Source: Mobula hypostoma
Lineage: Eukaryota
Assembly: GCF_963921235.1 (NCBI RefSeq)
Contig: NC_086097.1
Location: 74,836,001 to 74,896,000, forward strand
DNA: 60,000 bases
Direction of reading: 5' to 3'
The notes under the pieces were generated by a model. The model had not been told where the DNA came from and made no database searches. It was given only the letters and a program-made list of their open reading frames with translations. Below, in pieces: positions 25,425 to 38,555 of the stretch. The position numbers and the translations under genes are program-made. How positions within the stretch are numbered: position 1 is the stretch's first letter; every line of letters begins with the position of its first letter.

Positions 25425-25719
25425 ACGGCAGAATGTAACATTGGAATCAGCTAACTGTTCTGTTTTGTTGGTCTCCCTTCTCTCTGTGGAAAAGGAGAGA
25501 TACCTCTCTGTACCTGTGGCATGTTGAAACGTCAAGTGGTGGGTGCTGATGCTTCCTGCTGAAATAAACAGGGGAGAGGGGGCTCTAGGGTTCTAGTGTT
25601 TCACTGTCATTCATTCTCTGGGGTTCCCTTTTGTTTTTGTGGATATCTGTGAAGAGCAAGAGTTTCAGATAGTATACTGTATACATGCTCTGATATTAAA
25701 TGGAACCATTGAACTGTTG

Positions 25720-26010
25720 TCTCACTTCACCACCTGATTGCCTCAGAATGCAAGTAATACACAAGTGAGCCCAAGTCATCATGCCTGAGTCACAACTTCC
25801 TCCAAATGAACATTGGAAAAATTAAAGCCTTGCCCTCATCTCCATCCTACCCTTTGGCAACATTTTTGGACTGGAATAGTTCACCCTGTCCAAGAAACCT
25901 CATCTTGTCTTACATCAAGTCTGACAAGATCAGGCTGTTGGTGCTGATCTTTTGAAGTAACCTATCATCATTCATCCTCCTAAATCAAAGCATCTCCATA
26001 TATGTCATTC
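25720..26010 (+). mobile_element. L2 LINE RT fragment, highly decayed
   Basis: LSHNFLQMNIGKIKA at about 25786-25830 resembles the L2 RT motif W..NFLQLN..KTE. Confidence 0.45.
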
Positions 26011-27560
26011 TTCTCTTTTTTATACCTCTGCACAATTCACTATTTCCACCAGGGTTTTATTGCCCCATTTTAATCCTTCCCTTCATGACGATTCCTCTGC
26101 TTTCTTTCAATGTGTCTGCATTCTTCATATTAAAAATACTGTGTAAAGTGGCTGTCAATCTATTGCCTGTCAGAATTATTTTTGTTTCATTCACAGAGTC
26201 CTTCAGAATTTACAAGCCATTCGTTTCCTCAACTCCATGTTCTCAATTGGTAGAACCCCTTGTGGTTTTGGAGCACAAGGCTGGGAGTGGGTTGTGTGAC
26301 CATTTATTCATATCATGTCTGATTACATATGGACTCCACTTACTGCCACATCCCTTACCAACCATACCTAATGCAATATACCAATTTCAGTTTTAAAAAT
26401 GGCACTGTGTTCTTTTTTCCAGCCTTGCCCATTGGTTAGTTACATGGAAGTTGTACTTAATTTCAGTATTTCAACAGCCCCTTATTTCAGGTAACCTCAA
26501 GTAATAGCGGGTACGAGGGGATGGAAATTTTCACCTACATCTTTTGCAACTTCTAGACCTCCCTTAATTCTTGCAACAACTCTTTTCAACTCAACCTGTT
26601 CAGAGAGATATCAAGGCTAGCTAAAGAGCAAAAACTTGTATTGGATTGTCAAGAAAACCGGAGACCTGGAAGCCTTTGGCAAAGTTAGTGCTGGGAAGAG
26701 CAAGGGAGGAGTGAGGGTGGTGGGGTGCAGAAAAGATGCTGATACTATGAGGGAGAGGCCTTGGAGCTGGAATAAGTATTGACAGAATTCCTTTGGGCTC
26801 TCAGGGAAGAGTTCTTTATGGACCAAAACAGAAGTGTGGAAAAGATTAAAGAAACATCTTTGGGACAATTCCACCCACTCCACTGACTGGTACCAGGGCA
26901 GTTGTCAGCTTTAGCTTGTGTGGTCACAGTTATGTTATGATGCCAATGACATTATCAACCAACCACCGGAATATTTTAATTTGGCCCTTATCTGCTTACT
27001 TTGCAATGCAGACAGCCCACCAGTAAAAGTAACAGGAGGTGGTGCTGGGTATGTCTTTAGCAGAAACAATGTGGTAACACAGTGACGCCCAACCAGCTAC
27101 CTCACCTACCACATTTGTCCCAGGGCATCTTGAGCTAAATTCGGCAGTGTCAACTTTTTGTGTTTCACTCTTAGTGTAATCCTCATCAATGTGACATGTA
27201 CTTCTCAGGAAGTAATCACCACTGCACCTTTATCAGGACTGAATGCTCCTGAAGCCATTTTACAACATTACGACATGATTCAATATTACTAACAAAATTA
27301 TTCACCAAACAGACAGGATTGATAGATTAGAGACAAGTGGTGGGTATAACTCTGCTTCACACAATAAACCGTATACACCTTAAATATTGGAAATGACATA
27401 TTATTTGCTATCTGTTTGCGCTCCCCATTAGAGCAGCCATCAGGTGGTCAACATGTACGGGTGCTTGCACAGCTGTGGTGCTCTCAAAGTTGGAGGATCA
27501 AAGCATTTTAAGTGATATTATCTGCATGAACCTCATCAGGAATTCATTTCATTGCGAACC

Positions 27561-27908
27561 ATGAATCAGAATCAGAATCGGGTTTAATATCACCGGCATA
27601 TGCCATGAAATTTGTTGACTTTGCAATACATAATAATAGAAAAAAATGGAATTGAAATATATATACTTTAGGTTTCAGGTTTCTGTACTTCCTTCCTGAT
27701 GGCAGCAACGAGAACAGGGCATGACCTGGGTGGTGGGGATCCTTAATGATGGACACGCCTTTTTGAGGCATCGCTCCTTGAAGATGTCCTGGGTACTACA
27801 GAGGCCAGTGCCCATGATGGAACTGACTACATTTACAACTCTCGGCAGCTTACTTCGAAGCCGTGCAGTAGCACCCCCCTCCCACACACACACCAGACAG
27901 TGATGCAA
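27561..27908 (-). mobile_element. Rex1/Babar LINE 3' fragment
   Basis: (gattct)n tail; peptides KLPRVVNVVSSIMGT..DIFKERCLKKA and SIIKDPHHPGHALFSLLPSGRKYR. Confidence 0.85.
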
Positions 27909-28049
27909 CGAGAAATTGAAACCTTAACTACATCTTTAGTTTTAGACACAGGAATGACAATCAATATTCTACACAGCCACAGGTATAAACAGCCTGGCAT
28001 AATTTCTGATTTGGGAAGTCACGTACAACAGAATCAGGTCACTTGCCCC

Positions 28050-28300
28050 ACCAGCTCACACCAGCCCATTTGTATTAATCCCACTTTACTCTCCCCACAG
28101 TTACCACTCACCTGCACATGGGGGGGGTGCAATTTACAGTCTCAAGTTACTCTACCAACCTGCACAGTCACTGGGACGCGGGAGGAAATATGTGTGCGTG
28201 GTCGTAGGGTGAGCATGCAAACTCCACGCAGACAGCACTGGAGGTCAGATTTGAAGCTGGGTCACACAAGCCGGGAGGCAGAGCTCACTAGCTGCAGACT
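28050..28300 (-). mobile_element. V-SINE
   Basis: catgcaaactccacgcagacagcac is the reverse of the V-domain core. Confidence 0.7.
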
Positions 28301-30654
28301 TGTTCATATTGTCACACCGCTCTTCACCTTGTGAAAGTTAATGCTACGTGCACATTGTGTCAGCTCAAAATGACAGAGAAGGGGGTGTTCCAAGAATAAT
28401 AGATCTTGATGTCAAAAATTCACTGTACCACTTGATAAAGACCTTTGTCCAAAACAGGGATTTTGCAGGTTAACAGCCCCACCTCTTTTCAGTCTGAGAG
28501 AGGAATGAACAATCCTGTCAATTCAACAGAAATTACACTAATTGGCCCCAGAGGTTATCTAGGTGCCACGTCTCAAAGATACCATTGTTTCGGATGCATT
28601 CAGCTGGAACTCCAATATTCCAAATCAGCCTCACATCTCTTAAAAGCAGGTCGTCTTCTTATAGATAGCTGTGTTATGAAGCACTTCCGTCTCATATTGG
28701 TTTTGCTACTTGATGCTCTGCTTTAGTTTACAGATCCCTTAGATCTACATTTAGCCAGCTTTTCTAAAAAAAACCTATGGCTGATTCTAGGTGTTGCTGC
28801 TCTAATTAGTCAAACTAAATCCAAGGAAGGAAATCTGGGTCATGTTAAATTAACTTAAATAAGCATGAAACTGAATGCAGCAAATGCATCAGTTTTCTGG
28901 AGACTGCCTTTGCTTCCTGAAAAACCACAAAAAGGTGGGTATTCCAAGAAACAATAAAAACACACACTGTCATCTTAAATTCAGCTTGCTCTGTGATGCC
29001 AGCTTTGAATCAGCATGCAGAGTCAGCTTTAACTGGGCAGTTAAATGTCTATCAGTGATGGGAGTTATCAAGTTCAGTTTAGTTAATAACAGGCCTCTCT
29101 TTAGTTTCTGTGAGTAAGATATCACATCCAAATGACCAAAATTATTCCAGAGTAGATTTACAGGGCATTGGTGTAAAGAGATATTAAGGCTTATTAATTG
29201 TGTAATTTCCTTGAAGAAATAAGGGATTAAATTGGGGCAATAATGAATTAAGGGTTTACAAATCAACAAGTCAACCATCAGATTCCAGATTGCAGCCTCT
29301 CTCAGCATATTCTCATCAGTCCCTGCCATGAAGTTTCCAAAAATGTCCTGAAGGCAGGGAACAAAGCGAGCAGAACTGATTACAGCTATGTTCACTGCCT
29401 TGCTGTCTAAACTCTGTTTGGCTTCCTAATGAGCTCACTAAAAACCTAATTCATCTCCCATAACCCCCACAACCCTCCTTGAAATTCACCATTATGGAAA
29501 TTACAGATGAAACGTTTACAGACTGTGTTCAAATTACTGTTTCTTTAACAGGCAGGTCTCTGACCCTGGAATTGTACAATAGAGGTTTGTCCGGCTTGAA
29601 ACCAATCAGTCCTAAGCCCACTGAAAAGGGAGTGGAAGGAGGTTAAGACACTTTCTCATGGCACTGATGATTGTAGCCCTCGTTCCCTCCCCTGCCGTGG
29701 ATAGTGAAATTGTGTGGAAATGGTACTGAATTGATAATTTATCAGATGAAACTGGAGAATGAAGAAAGGTTAAAACCACATGCAGTGATGGTAAACAGAT
29801 TGAAACCGACTAATGCAAATTCCCAAACCATTCATGAGGAGACTCCCTCAGTTCCTCATTACGTGAAGCCAAAATGATCCTCGCTGCACCTAAGCTGTAA
29901 CTGAAAGATTACAGAATTGATGGCTGCTCTCTTTAAAATGCAGCTGTTTTATTCTGCTTTAGTAATTAATTCTTTTTCCAATAGCGTATTGATTAAGCGT
30001 AGACCCTGATAAAGTTCAAACTGCAAAGTATCTCCAGTGGTTTCCCCAGTTGCTCAGAAGAGTCAATGAAAACTTCCTCCCATTCTACCCACCTCCTTAG
30101 AGTCCTGATCGAGTGAACTGCACAGTTTTTTTCTCATAAATTAGTCAGGCTGTGTGGAGCTGTGTTAGCTGATCATTGCTTTTGTCTCTTTGCTTTGCCT
30201 ACTTGCTTTTCTGTTTTACTGTCCTTTGTGCTGTCAGATAAAAAGTCCGCGTGCAGCTGCCTCTCTGAGTCGGAACCGACATGAAGAGCATTTCGTTCAA
30301 ACTATATTTTATTTTACACAGCTGCATTCTGTAACCCCTCCATTCTGAAATTCCCTCTCCACTCTTCCCCTCCCCAACCCACACACAACTTTTTCACCAC
30401 CATCAGCCTGGAGACCCTCTGCCATCCGTGTCCCTGATCAAACTTAGAACTCAACCAGAACTCAGGGGACTATAATCTGTGCACAAGCATGGAAGACTTG
30501 CCTGTGCCGTGTGAATGCCCTTCACCTATTACTCCACCTCCTTTATTCTCTGGGCCCACAACCTGTTATGGAAAATACCAGGTGCCCCTATAGTTTCTTG
30601 AGTCCAGGTTGTAACTTAAAATATTGGTCAGGATTGCTTTACTGTTCACCTATT

Positions 30655-31625
30655 CCACTGGTGTCAGGCAGATAACCTTTTCCTTAACATTAACAACTCA
30701 AAAGAGATGGTTATCGATTTTAGGAGAACTTGTAACACTCTCACCCTCCTTTACAGCAGCGGCACAGCAGTGTAAACCGCGAGCCTGGGAGTGCACATCT
30801 CACACAATCTCTCATGGTCCCAGAACACATCCTACACAATCAGAAAAGCTCACCAATGCCTCTACTTTTTGAGGAGGCTGAAGAGAGCTGGACTTTGCAC
30901 ATCCATACTCATGTCATTTCACAGATGTGCAGTAGAGAGCATCCTAACAAGCTGCATCACTGCTTGGCACGGAAACTGCATTGTGACGGACAGGAGTGCT
31001 CTACAATGGGTAGTCAAAACGGCCCAACACATCACTGGCACTTGCATATCCGCCATCAAGGTCATATATACAGAAAGGTGCCGCTAAAGGGCCAGTGACA
31101 TCATAAAAGATCCTTCCCACCCTGCTCATGATCTCAAAGGCACAAGCGATTCTGCAGATGCCAGAAATCTGCAGCAACACACACAAAATGGTGGAGGAAC
31201 TCAGCAAGTCAGGCAGCATCTATGGACTCTTCTTCAGGACTGAAAAGGAAGGTCCCACTCCCATCAGGGAGGAGGCTACGTAGCATTCATGCCAGGACTA
31301 CCAGACTCAAAAAACAGTTACTTTCCCCATGCAGCGAGGCTGATCAACACCTCCACCCACTGACTCCATCACTACTTCATTATTTCCCGTCACTCAGCTT
31401 ATGTACATGCCTAGCATCACTTTATGGACATGCAATCAATCTATGTATATAAGCACTCTTATGTATTTACATAAATCTATTGTGTGTTTTATTATTATTA
31501 CTGTTGTATTCTTTATCTTTTGCGTGTCTTTTTTTTGCGCTGCATCATATCCGGAGTAACAATTATTTCATTCATCTTACACTTGTGTACAGGAAGTGAC
31601 ATTAAGTAATCTTGAATCTTGGATC
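30655..31625 (+). mobile_element. Rex1/Babar LINE 3' portion, with a Penelope-type repeat inserted at about 31136-31250
   Basis: LGVHISHNLSWS..KAHQCLYFLRRLKRAGL..VESILTSCITAW.GNC..LQWVVKTAQHITG and LPSGRRLRSIHARTTRLK; tail aatcttgaatctt. Confidence 0.9.
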
Positions 31626-32238
31626 ATCATCTCAAGGCAGCATCAAACGTTAGGTCAAGTGCCACACATTGCTGGCTGGCGGCCAGCTACCTTCCCTCAG
31701 TGTTCAGAGTCTGAACCAAGGGACCTCATGTCAGAGTTCACAGAAGTAATACTCCCAGCAGCTACAAGAAAATAACCTTGAACATGGCTGGTAATGACTT
31801 AGTAATGTATGGTAGGAATGTAAATTCCCAAAAGAACAGGAACTATTTAGTGCAAATGTGTGCCTGTTTTAACTTGTGTATGCCCCATAATAATATACTG
31901 AAAATGCTGCACATTTGGCTGAAAGAAAACGTTTCAGACAAAAAAAAAGCAGGTGCCCAAATTTGCAGTAATCCTCGTCACATGTTCACCTCTCACCCTA
32001 GCCATTTTCTGAGCTTTAACCTTTCACTTAAAGACAACTTTCATTTGACAGAGATGAGATTAGCTTGGAAGTCATCTCAGAATAAGGGTACACAGATGCC
32101 CTCTTTATTAAGCTTGTTGCCCGATTTATTCAGTTTTAGGCTGCTGGAGAATTTTGGGTTGTTTCCTCCTGTACATTTTTCAGTCTCCTCAAGGCCATAA
32201 GGAGCATTACATTCCCCCACCTCCAGAGCATTCTTTAC

Positions 32239-32252
32239 AGGTCAAAAGGTCA
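32239..32252 (+). promoter_or_regulatory. Perfect DR2 nuclear-receptor element (candidate RARE)
   Basis: AGGTCA-aa-AGGTCA read directly in non-repetitive intron 7 sequence. Confidence 0.55.
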
Positions 32253-35200
32253 ACATTCACAGATGTCTCCACCAAGCACCCAATTGTTCCAGAGACTGTA
32301 CCCCAGGATATATGCAACTTCTGTTGCTCTTGGAGTATGCTCTCTTTAAATACTCTTAAGAAAAATATGTAAGATCTCACATCATTCTTTACAAACCACA
32401 TTCCACAATCATTTCTAAAAGAACTGCTGAACATCAATTATTATAATCGCCTATACTTAACCAGGTGTAACTGTTTAAGAGCTTAATCTTTACATTTTGA
32501 TGTGAGTTAACCACTTGGCTAGAGAAACAATTACTACCATTTATGACTAACTGCTATTTCAATTGTAACTTTACATAGTATAAAGTTCTGAAAAGAACTA
32601 ACATTTGTAAATTCAACCACTTTTTGTGGTACTTTAATACCTTTTCAACACCAAATGGTTAACCATAACAACTGAATGTCTGGAATTCTGCCCCAGTGCA
32701 TCATGAATACAGAGAAAATTCTATTCATAGTTCCTTTGCATGTGTCTTTAAGTAAAATATTTCATCGTTTCTATGGCCAAAATGCAAACATTTGGTACTC
32801 ATATACGTTGCGCAGCAATTAATCACTTCTTTCAAATATCTTTTGTTAGAATCTCTAGAGATTAGTGTGCTGTTTTTTTCATACTTGAGGCAAGATAGTG
32901 GTTGTAGTTATAAAAATAGAATATTAATGCCAATTAAAACTTGAAAATCTGAAATGTGACTTATCAAGCTTTTTTTAAATCTAGATTTAAATCAGACTGG
33001 CATCAAAATCTGGAAAATATTTAAAATTTTGCAATGAAAGCTGTATGGACAATTGTTTCAATATCCAGTTCTGTTACAGCATTATTATAAAATGTGAAGG
33101 CTTGATTCAGAATATTTGTAACACATAACTATAGAAATGTCTCAATCTGCAACTTAATGCTGTAGGGTTACCTCACACATGTAATCAGGAATTCATGGTA
33201 AGTCATAATCAGGTAGTTTGATATTGTTTAAAATCAAGCATTAGTTCTAAGATAAATTTATGCAGAAGTTGCATGTAGTTTTTATATGTTGTGCCCACAC
33301 TAATGTGAAAGGTGTTTTAACCTCAGGTTTAACTTGTGCTCTCAGAGAACAAGAATTTGCAACAAGTAGTGTTAATCCTAATTCTTTACTAATTTATGAA
33401 AAATACCTTCATCTTAAACTGCATTACCTTTGGAAAAGGAAATAAATATACTTGTTTGTATTATTTTAATTTTTCATGAAAAGAAATGTAATTCAGCATA
33501 ATTTAACAAGTATAGAACACAGAAAATCCATTGCAATCTGAAGTACAACTAAACTTTCATTCAAACTCAGGATGAAAATAAATAGAGTACCAATTAATGA
33601 AAAACCCCTGTAACAGATACAAGACTTCTATTTGAATTGCATTGCTTAATACTGAACAATACAACTTTCAATACTCTTTTCTCTATAGTGCCTCTTACTA
33701 ACACAAGAAAAGTTGGATTCCTACATTTAGCAATAAATAAATTATGCTTTAAAAATATACAATATTTTTTAATATTATTTCATTGAGAAACAGATTTGGT
33801 AGTGGACTAATTTTACTTTCATGTAAAGTGAATTGGCTGGTAAATTAACTGAGCATTTTATACAAACTGAAAACATGAATCCTGTGTAGTATTTATTTTT
33901 AAGTTATTAAAAAGCTGTTATACCCAAAGAAGTGGCCAAATAACTGCTGTTAGCATACAGCTAGACTTTTCACTGTCAACAGTAGCCACAAATCCAATTT
34001 AGTTCCAGTGCAACTTCTTCTGTTGATGCGCTGAAAGTTGGAATTTTGAGGAGCACCAAAGTGTATATACTCTAGAGTTAGATTAAGTGTCTTTACCTGC
34101 TCTATTTATTTCTATCTGGAGAAACTGCATCCACAAATAACATTTAAAGCAAGCAAACAGTTAATTTATTGCATACATTCTTTAAAATGAAAACATGATC
34201 TCAATGCAATATTTTCCCCAGTGTAGGTAATGCAATTGTCATATTACTATTTGGGTTGGCAATTACATTAGCGGTAACAATCTAAACTTGGAGTCCTTCT
34301 GTACACCCAAGAGAAAGCCTGTCCTTTCAAAAGGCTTGGAGGGCCAGGCAGAAGACATAGGTTTGTGTAATCTGCTTCTATTCAGCCTGTTGAAATACTT
34401 GTAATGCAGTCATAAAAATTATTGAACCAGAAATTGTTTTGGGCATATTAACCGGACTGAAGTCAAATGTGTTTATGTTGTGGTTGTACCATAGGGATGG
34501 ATTCACATCAGCTCTGCACTGTATTCTGAATGAGAAGGGGAGGGGACAGCAATTGGGTAAAATAAACAATTAGGTAGCCTTATTTTAGCATAGCTAGCTG
34601 GGAGTCAGAAACATTTAGCTTCCAGGTAGGAATCAGACTCTAATAACTGTAATCTTGAGCTGGAAAAAAAAACGCTTTCATGCCATTCATTAAGATACAG
34701 TAAAAGGGAATTCAGGAAAGGAGATAACATGAAAGTGAGAGAAAAATACACAAATTATATGACAGCTGAAATCCACAAGAGGTTATAAGTGTTTATCAGA
34801 AGAAGTTCTGAGCAAAAAGAAAAGGACCAGTAAAGATAGAGGAAAACCAAACAGAAATCACATTTTAAATTCTGCTTTTAGTCTAGTATGAGGAGTCCCT
34901 CTCATTTGTCCATTTATGAAAATTGGATACGTTAGAATTAGCATTGCGTTCCAGGTTAAATATCTGTCTCTAAAGATTTAATAATGGTTCACACATTATC
35001 TGTAAAAGTGAAGTCTTTGATTGCTTTATCGTGACCCTGATTTACTCCTGATTGATGCATGCATTTGCTTACTAGGAATACATGCAAACAAATTGCTACA
35101 CAAAAACTAAGCACATTTTGAAGAAAACATATTTACAGATTTTTGACAAAAGCGTAGCTAAAAATCAACTGAAAAGCATTATTAGAAAGAGCATGCAGTA

Positions 35201-36169
35201 AACATTTGTATTACTTAAAAAGCAATCAATGTTTTCACAAATATTTATATATACCTTTAATAACTACTAATATGCTACACATTTATCTTTGGTTGTTACA
35301 TGCATTATTATCACACTGTTGGGTATAAAATAACTGACCTAGTAGAAGATGGCAAAGATGGCTTTTCCTTTGCAGAAGGCCGAATTTATCTATCAAGCAA
35401 CCAAAAAGAAAGATTGTATTGGAACTCAGCCTACTTGTTAATTTTCTTGCAATGTACGTTTGTAAATAATCCGCCTGATCATTCTTGTTGGTAAAAGACC
35501 TTAAAATTTTACTATGCTCTGACTTAATTTCACTTTGTATAATTCAGTATAATAACACGTGGGGCATTACTACCAGTGATAATTCCCAAATACAAATACT
35601 ATTGTGGAATGTCCAGGCAGGTCTTAATGTTTGCCTGCAAGTGTTTCCTTGAATAACTTGGCCTTCCCATCCCTAATGGGGGCCAATGATGCCCCACCAA
35701 TACACTGGAAGCTGGGTTATCCATAATTAGTATGCCATGAACATCGCATTGTAAACAGTTTTCTGTTATTTAATTACATCTAAAGTTTCATTAAAGTTAT
35801 TTCTCTAATAATGTGGCATCAAACCTATTTCCTAAATATTGCTTCTAATGTAAACTATTTGCTTCCAGAAGCTAACATAATTTTTTTTCTACTTTTAACA
35901 ATGCTCATTAACAGATAAACATCCCTAAAAAATGTATTACCTGGATATAATATTAACCAAGTTATTCACTGCATAATCAGTCATTATATATGAGTTAGAT
36001 AGCTGACCTAATTTCACTTGTCTTTCATTCCCCCCCCCCCCACCAACAACAGACTGGAATCTATATTTTACTTTTCATCAAATTAAATTGCTTATATATT
36101 CAATCTTTCTGTTTCAACAAAAATCATTTAATGTGTCAGTATTTTTTGAGCAACAATTGCCAGACACAC

Positions 36170-36495
36170 TCATTGAGTCATAGAGCTCTACAGCACAGAA
36201 ACAGGTCCTTTGGCCTCTCTAGTTGTGCCAAACTATTACTCTGCCTAGTCCCAATGACGCGCCCCTGGACCATCGCGCTTCAATACCCTTCCCATCCATG
36301 TAGTTATCCAAACTTGCCTTGACGTTGAAATGGAACACTTCAGTTGGCAGTTCATTCCACACTCTCACCACCCTGAGTGAAGAAGTTTCCCTTCACGTTC
36401 CCCTTAAATATTTCACCTTTCACTCTTAACCTATAACCTCTTGTTCTAGTGTCACCTAACGTCAGTGGAAAAAGCCTGCTTGCATTTACCCATCT
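36170..36495 (-). mobile_element. CR1 3' fragment
   Basis: gagtcatagagc..tacagcacagaaacagg..ttccacactctcaccac..gtgaagaagtttccc. Confidence 0.8.
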
Positions 36496-37475
36496 TGTAG
36501 TAAAGATATCCCGTGCCTGTTGTGAGACTAATTTTGCTAATTTTCCCTTCCGTCAGATGTTGGCCCAGTTAACATGAACTGCAGAGACTGCTCTACATGC
36601 ACAGTACTACTGAGAGGACCATTTCCACAACTTGCTGATAATTAGAAACCATTCGAACACAAAGATAACACACAGGCTCACGGACCTTCTGAATACTGCA
36701 AAAAAAGGATGACGTTAGCATCTTGGCCCAAAGTCAGACGTGCTTTTCTTTTAATCCAGAGTTTAGGGCATGTGACATGGCAACTAATGCTGATCAATTT
36801 GTTTAATCACCTTTTGGAACTCGTCCAGATGCTCTTTGTTGAGAGCTGCACTAGCAAGATGAATCTCAGTGTTTACAGGACCACTGGTTTCTAACATGCC
36901 ACTAGAGCTTTCAATAAATGGTTGAGTACTGAATGCAGCAGTTCATTCTCACAGCAGAGAGGAAGAAAGTTAAAAACTATATGCATTAACTTTACTTCTT
37001 CCCATAGGATCACGTCATGAATTATTTAACTTCTCTTATGCTAATTGGATCATGTAAGTATCCTTCTCTTCAGAGTTACACTCTCTGCTTTCACCAGAAA
37101 CCATCCCCTCCCCCGCCCCACCCCCCAAACCACTTATCTTTTGAGAAAGACACAAAGTGGGACTCCTCTTTATGTGAAATATATTAATGAGGTAGAGGCT
37201 TGCGATTAGGAAACGCCATATTATGGTATCGGAGACACTGCAGTCAACTTCAGCCTAGCAGACAACATGGGCATTTTTCCTTAGCAGATTCCCAGCACAA
37301 TTATAGTGAGTGAGGCAGCAGGAATAATGGGCAGTTGTTTATACGCGGATCAGGTTTCAGAAGAGAAAAGTTCAAGCTCTGTTCCTTTTGCTTTGGACTA
37401 CAAGACCGTTTACCTGGTTGGTAGCAGGGATGCTTAACACTAATCTAACATGCTTAAAAACCAAATGAATACAAA

Positions 37476-37660
37476 CTTGCCTTTATGTACCATCTCTCAC
37501 AACCTCACCATGTCCCAAAGCATCTTGCAGCCAATGTACGATATTTAGCTGATGAATGTCACTGTTTTAATTTAGAAAGTTATTTGTGCAGAGCATGCTG
37601 CCACAAACAGTAATTGATATTTGTTAGGTGCTGTTGGTTAATGGATGTGAATAATGGGAG
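37476..37660 (-). mobile_element. Deu-domain SINE 3' part
   Basis: tcacaacctca..gtcccaaagc..cagccaatg..gtcactgtt..tttgtgca.agca.gct.ccacaaacag; reverse counterpart of 12080-12200. Confidence 0.6.
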
Positions 37661-38089
37661 TACATTTGACGCTAGGTGAGACTGACAGCATAACTTTAGA
37701 CAAGAATATCCAATGTGGAGATCAATTAAATTTAATGTCTACAGACAGGAAGGTAGGAAGCTGCCAAAAACGAAACATCTGCTATAGTACTAAGCAAGGG
37801 AAACTCTTACATTGGTATTGGGAAGATTGGATTCATTTTGAATTATCACAGCCCAAAGTGCACGTGACTTAAACATTTCAAGATGTAACTGTGGCTTTCA
37901 ATGTTCAAAGTAATTACAGAAGAGTCATCTTACAAATGCAAACTGCATATCCATGTGACTCAGCAGAAGAACCCTGATTTTCCTTTTGATTTCCAAGGCC
38001 CCATTGCCCCTTCTCGCGATTTGTTTCGAATTCATGTCCTCCTGCGATGCAGTGTCACTGACTGTCAGCATTTATTATCTGTTGTGAGT

Positions 38090-38555
38090 GCCTGACTAGG
38101 TTATTTCCAAAGATGGTTATGAGTCAGCCACATTGTTGTGTGCTTGCCTCACATAGAGTCCAGGTAGCAATGGCAGATTTCCTTTCCTGAAGGACATTTG
38201 TTGGGCTAGATGCATTTATAACAACAACTTGATAACTTTATGGTTAGAGTTATAGGTGCCAGCTTTTTGTTGTACAGTTATGTAATGAAGTGAACCCCAG
38301 CTGCAAAGACGGGACTCGGGTTAATGTCATTTATCTAAATTTCTGGTATACCCCCACCCCACAGCCCCTGGCCTCCATCCGCCATCCCACTTGAAAATAT
38401 TTCTTGAGCTCTACTTTGTACAAACTTTCTATCATCTACCTCAACACAGTATCACATTGTGTGGCTCAGTATCAAATGTTGTCTAATAATACTATGGTGG
38501 ATCACCATCCAACAGTATGCTAAATTGGAGGCACCATGTACACACAGCTGTTATT
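38090..38555. mobile_element. Decayed SINE (38090-38340) followed by an L2-type 3' end (38380-38555)
   Basis: gagtcagccacattg...atggcagatttcctttcctgaaggacatt and tggctcagtatcaaat...ggcaccat are recalled elasmobranch repeat motifs. Confidence 0.45.
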
